Shown piece by piece: positions 6,949 to 10,095 of a stretch of 10,095 nt of DNA. The position numbers and the translations under genes are program-made. Source of the DNA: Elusimicrobiota bacterium (GTDB taxonomy: Bacteria > Elusimicrobiota > UBA8919); NCBI GenBank assembly GCA_043816185.1, contig JBDRIG010000066.1:1-10095 (forward strand), in the 5' to 3' direction. The notes under the pieces are model-generated. The model had not been told where the DNA came from. It worked only from the letters and a program-made list of their open reading frames with translations, and ran no database searches. How positions within the stretch are numbered: position 1 is the first letter of the stretch; each line of letters starts with the position of its first letter.

Positions 6949-7866
6949 ATGAAAATTGCTATTATTGGTAGTGGTGCAATGGGTACACTTTTTGCTGGAC
7001 TTTTATCAAAAAGTGCCAACGATATATATCTTTTAACAAAAAATAAAAAAGCAGAAAAAACAATTAAAAAAAATGGAATAAAAATTTCTGGTATTACAAA
7101 AATAACTATCTCACATTCAAATCCAAAATTAAAAATAACATCCAATCCCATCGAAATATCCCAACCCGATCTTATAATAATTTTTGTGAAATCCTACGAT
7201 ACGGTTTTCGCTGTTGCATCAATAAAAAAAATGATGTGTAAAAATACGACTGTATTAACCATTCAAAATGGTCTCGGAAATTATGAGATACTTTCTAAAT
7301 TTTTAAACAAAAAAAGAATTATAAGTGGGACAACATCGGAATCTTCAACTTTTATAAAACAAGGCAAGGTTATCCATACTGGTAGTGGAGAAACCATAAT
7401 CGAAAAAAGTGGAAAAAATATATCAAAACAAATTGCTGATATTTTTAATGCGTGTGGAATAAAAACAATTTTGAGTGATAAAATTATCTCAGTAAAATGG
7501 TCAAAACTTGTCTTAAATTGTGCAATAAATCCTGTTGCGGCAATTTCTAATGTTAAAAATGGAGAAATAATTAAACGCAAAAATCTTTTTGAGACTGCTG
7601 TTGAATCTGGAAAAGAGGTTGTGTTAGTTGCAAAAAAACTGAAAATAAAAATTCTGTTTGACGATGTTGCGAAAAAAATCGAAGAAATATGTAGTGCGAC
7701 ATCGGAAAATACAAATTCAATGCTTGCTGATATTTTGTCAAAAAAAAAGACTGAAATTGATTTTTTAAACGGTACTGTTGTAAATATCGCAAAAAAATTA
7801 AAAATTCCAGTTCCTGTAAATAAAAGTTTATTTGAAATTATAAAAAAATATGATTATAGAGATTAA
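6949..7866 (+). CDS. panE: 2-dehydropantoate 2-reductase (ketopantoate reductase)
   Basis: MKIAIIGSGAMG Rossmann motif, VKSYDT, IQNGLGN, WSKLVLNCAINP, NSMLAD...KTEIDFLNG. Confidence 0.93.
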   Translation: MKIAIIGSGAMGTLFAGLLSKSANDIYLLTKNKKAEKTIKKNGIKISGITKITISHSNPKLKITSNPIEISQPDLIIIFVKSYDTVFAVASIKKMMCKNTTVLTIQNGLGNYEILSKFLNKKRIISGTTSESSTFIKQGKVIHTGSGETIIEKSGKNISKQIADIFNACGIKTILSDKIISVKWSKLVLNCAINPVAAISNVKNGEIIKRKNLFETAVESGKEVVLVAKKLKIKILFDDVAKKIEEICSATSENTNSMLADILSKKKTEIDFLNGTVVNIAKKLKIPVPVNKSLFEIIKKYDYRD

Positions 7867-8089
7867 GGTTATAACAAATGCAAAGAAAAATGAAATAAAA
7901 CGAGATGGAAATAAATACAAGGTTTATATTACAGCACCTGCTGTTGACGGAAAAGCAAATAAAAAACTTATAGAATTTCTTGCCGAATATTTTAAACTTA
8001 AAAAAAGTGATATATTTATAAAAAGAGGTGAAAAATCCCACTACAAAATTATCCAAATGCCGAAAGAGGCAGTAGGGGCTCCACAATGA
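7850..8089 (+). CDS. DUF167 / UPF0235 (YggU-like) protein
   Basis: IKVITNAKKNEI...KVYITAPAVDGKANKKLIEFLAEYFKLKKSDIFIKRGEKSHYKII; overlaps the panE stop. Confidence 0.88.
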   Translation: MIIEIKVITNAKKNEIKRDGNKYKVYITAPAVDGKANKKLIEFLAEYFKLKKSDIFIKRGEKSHYKIIQMPKEAVGAPQ

Positions 8090-8227
8090 GATTGTGTCAT
8101 AACTCTACTTTTGGTCGTTGCGGGGCTTCCGAAGGAAGCCGTGGCAATCTCTTTCCAACGAGAAATGTTTTAAAGATTGTTCGCTTCGCTCGTAATGACA
8201 CGCATTTTGCTATTGCGACACAGTCTC
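8088..8227. mobile_element. MITE B: 140-bp element with imperfect 15-bp TIRs and a target-site duplication, carrying a REP-like palindrome
   Basis: gagattgtgtcataa(8088-8102) matches the reverse complement of ttgcgacacagtctc(8213-8227), gagactgtgtcgcaa, at 12/15 positions. Flanking direct repeat aat at 8085-8087 and 8228-8230 (caatg if the TIR is taken as 14 bp). Confidence 0.72.
8114..8199. repeat. REP-like palindromic element, copy 3 (inside MITE B)
   Basis: Ends gtcgttgcggggc / gctcgtaatgac. Perfect hairpin ggcttcc-gaa-ggaagcc(8124-8140). Core cgtggcaatct...agattgttcgcttcgctcgtaatgac. Confidence 0.82.
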
Positions 8228-8256
8228 AATGACGACAAATCAAAATCGTTTATTTT

Positions 8257-9021
8257 ATGTATCCAATACTTTTTAAGATAGGTTTCGTGAAAATTCATAC
8301 ATATGGTGTTTTTGTGGCACTTGGTTTTTTTATTGGATTTAAAATACTTTTGTTTTATAGCAAAAAATCATCTTTTTCGCTCGATTTAATAGAAAAACTA
8401 ACTTTTTTAGTTTTTATATTTTCCTTAGTTGGTGCTCGTCTATTTTATGTTTTAATTTCTTGGCAGGAATTCGTAAACACTCCATTAGATATTTTTAAAA
8501 TTTGGCACGGTGGACTTGTTTTTTGGGGTGGGTTTTTGGGTGGTGGCCTAACAGTTATAATTTTTTCAACAAAACACAAGATGGCTTTTTGGAAACTTGC
8601 CGATGTTTTTGCCGTTGCTTTAATTATAGGTCATGCTTTAGGTCGGATAGGATGTTTTTTTGCTGGATGTTGTTATGGAAGACAAACCGACTCATTTTTT
8701 GGAATTGTTTTTCCTGAAAACTGTCTTGCTCCAGAAGGAATAAAACTTATACCAGTACAACTCATTGGTTCCGTTTCTCTTTTTCTTCTATTTTTGTTTT
8801 TATTAATTTTTTGGAAAAGAAAAAGATTTGACGGTCAGATTTTTTTAATATATACTATCTCTTTCTCCTGTGGCAGATTTTTTATAGAATTTTTGCGTGA
8901 TGATTTTAGAGGTAATACGATTTTAGGAGTTACACCAACGCAAATCGTTTCAGTTGTAATTTTCATAATAAGTATAACGATATGGAAAAAATTATATCAG
9001 ACAAAGAAAAAATTCGCTTAG
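8257..9021 (+). CDS. lgt: Prolipoprotein diacylglyceryl transferase
   Basis: MYPILFKIG...HTYG, GARLFYV, IWHGGLVFWGG, GRIGCFFAGCCYG, RFFIEFLRDD; several hydrophobic transmembrane segments. Confidence 0.96.
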   Translation: MYPILFKIGFVKIHTYGVFVALGFFIGFKILLFYSKKSSFSLDLIEKLTFLVFIFSLVGARLFYVLISWQEFVNTPLDIFKIWHGGLVFWGGFLGGGLTVIIFSTKHKMAFWKLADVFAVALIIGHALGRIGCFFAGCCYGRQTDSFFGIVFPENCLAPEGIKLIPVQLIGSVSLFLLFLFLLIFWKRKRFDGQIFLIYTISFSCGRFFIEFLRDDFRGNTILGVTPTQIVSVVIFIISITIWKKLYQTKKKFA

Positions 9022-9902
9022 ATAATTTTTTGAAAGAAAAATTTCCAAATTTTTCACGTGGCTATTTTCAGCGACTTGTAAAAAATGGATTTGTAAAAAT
9101 TAATGAGAAGCACTCCGAATCTGGTCATAAAATTCGATTAGGAGATATTGTTGAAATCGAATTTGCTAGCAAAGAACAAAAAATACTTCCATTCCAAATT
9201 CCGCTTGAAATTATTTTTGAGGATGAAGACATAATAGTAATAAATAAGCAGCCCAATCTTGTTGTTCACCCCGCAGGATGCCACCAAACAGATACCCTTG
9301 TCAATGGACTTTTGTATTATTGGAATAATAAAATTTTTCCATTTCTTGTTCATCGACTTGATAAGGATACATCAGGCGTAATGATTGTTGCAAAAAATGA
9401 AACTACTAAACATAAATTATCAAAGCAATTCCAAAATCGTATTGTTGAAAAAAAATATCTTACAATAGTGAACGGAATAATAAAAGAGAATGACGGAATT
9501 ATTGAAACTCCTCTCGGAAGGTCAAGAGAATTCAGGAGGAAGATAGTTGTAAACTCAGCGTCAAAAAGAATGTCAAAAACTTTTTTTAAGGTTATCGAAC
9601 GATTTAAAGATACAACATACCTCGAAGTAAAGCCATATACTGGGCGAACACATCAGATAAGAGTGCATCTTGCATATATCGAGCATCCTGTTATTGGCGA
9701 TTCTGAGTATGGCAAGGTTGCCATAGATGGTAAGGTCGTCCAGCTGTGGTGTGGCGAGAAATCGTCGGAAATAATAAAACGACAATTGCTTCATGCATCA
9801 AGCATAGAATTTATTCATCCTTCAACTAAAAAGAAAATAGAATTTTTTGCTCCACTTCCAAAAGATTTTCAGGAAATATTAAATTTTTGTATAGGAATTT
9901 GA
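8982..9902 (+). CDS. rluD: RluA/RluD-family 23S rRNA pseudouridine synthase with an N-terminal S4 domain
   Basis: RLDNFL...SR (S4 domain), INKQPNLVVHP, HRLDKDTSG (catalytic Asp), TGRTHQIRVHLA, HPVIGDSEYG, RQLLHA. The family call is firm; RluD rather than a paralogue is less certain. Confidence 0.88.
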   Translation: MEKIISDKEKIRLDNFLKEKFPNFSRGYFQRLVKNGFVKINEKHSESGHKIRLGDIVEIEFASKEQKILPFQIPLEIIFEDEDIIVINKQPNLVVHPAGCHQTDTLVNGLLYYWNNKIFPFLVHRLDKDTSGVMIVAKNETTKHKLSKQFQNRIVEKKYLTIVNGIIKENDGIIETPLGRSREFRRKIVVNSASKRMSKTFFKVIERFKDTTYLEVKPYTGRTHQIRVHLAYIEHPVIGDSEYGKVAIDGKVVQLWCGEKSSEIIKRQLLHASSIEFIHPSTKKKIEFFAPLPKDFQEILNFCIGI

Positions 9903-10095
9903 ATTTTGTGCTGATTGTATGAGTGTGGTCAGGATTGTTGAGTGAATTTTAATGATACTATCATGATACCGTTGAAAAAGTCAGTTGTAATTTCAGTTGG
10001 TATGCCTAAACAATATTTTCAAGCAACCACAAGGACAATAATTGTTAGTAACATTTACGGTTTTTCAAATATTTTTAAATTTTCGTTCTTTGAAT

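Noticed and set aside
129..8227. CRISPR array interpretation of the recurring palindromes or SSRs
   Set aside because: The copies are dispersed kilobases apart, there is no regular repeat-spacer periodicity, and no cas genes are present.
680..9794. Short minus-strand and alternate-frame ORFs in the track (e.g. 680-892, 1087-1308, 3076-3429, 7281-7580, 8502-8717, 9573-9794)
   Set aside because: All overlap well-supported + strand genes, are rich in F/I/L as expected for antisense of A-rich codons, and have no recognisable motifs.
9903..10095. Possible 3' end of a minus-strand gene (..SKNENLKIFEKP*) or decayed IS ends (ttgaaaaa/tttttcaa)
   Set aside because: The open stretch is too short to call, and the inverted match is low-complexity with no TSD.

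Overview
AT-rich bacterial window with a co-directional (+ strand) run of housekeeping genes: small TPR protein, pheS, rbfA, DHH-family nrnA, short truB, ribF, a frameshifted wecB, DUF3467-like protein, panE, DUF167 protein, lgt and a RluA/RluD pseudouridine synthase. The most interesting signal is outside the ORF track. (i) Three copies of one GC-rich REP-like palindrome family (gtcRttgc...GGCAATCT-loop-AGATTG...aatRac) lie at 129-345, 5120-5231 and 8114-8199. (ii) Two non-autonomous elements, each exactly 140 bp, have 15-bp terminal inverted repeats and target-site duplications. One (145-284) is inserted into a REP; the other (8088-8227) carries a REP inside it. (iii) wecB is out of frame at a (GAGTTCG)n tract, and one extra unit restores a full-length enzyme, so this is either phase variation or assembly collapse. 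(iv) Several conserved proteins (PheS, NrnA, WecB, RluD) have short in-frame loop segments encoded by repeat- or palindrome-like DNA. (v) pheS runs straight into rbfA, with neither pheT nor rimP-nusA-infB between them. No transposase, RNA gene or CRISPR array was seen. All product calls come from motifs recognised by eye, not from database searches.
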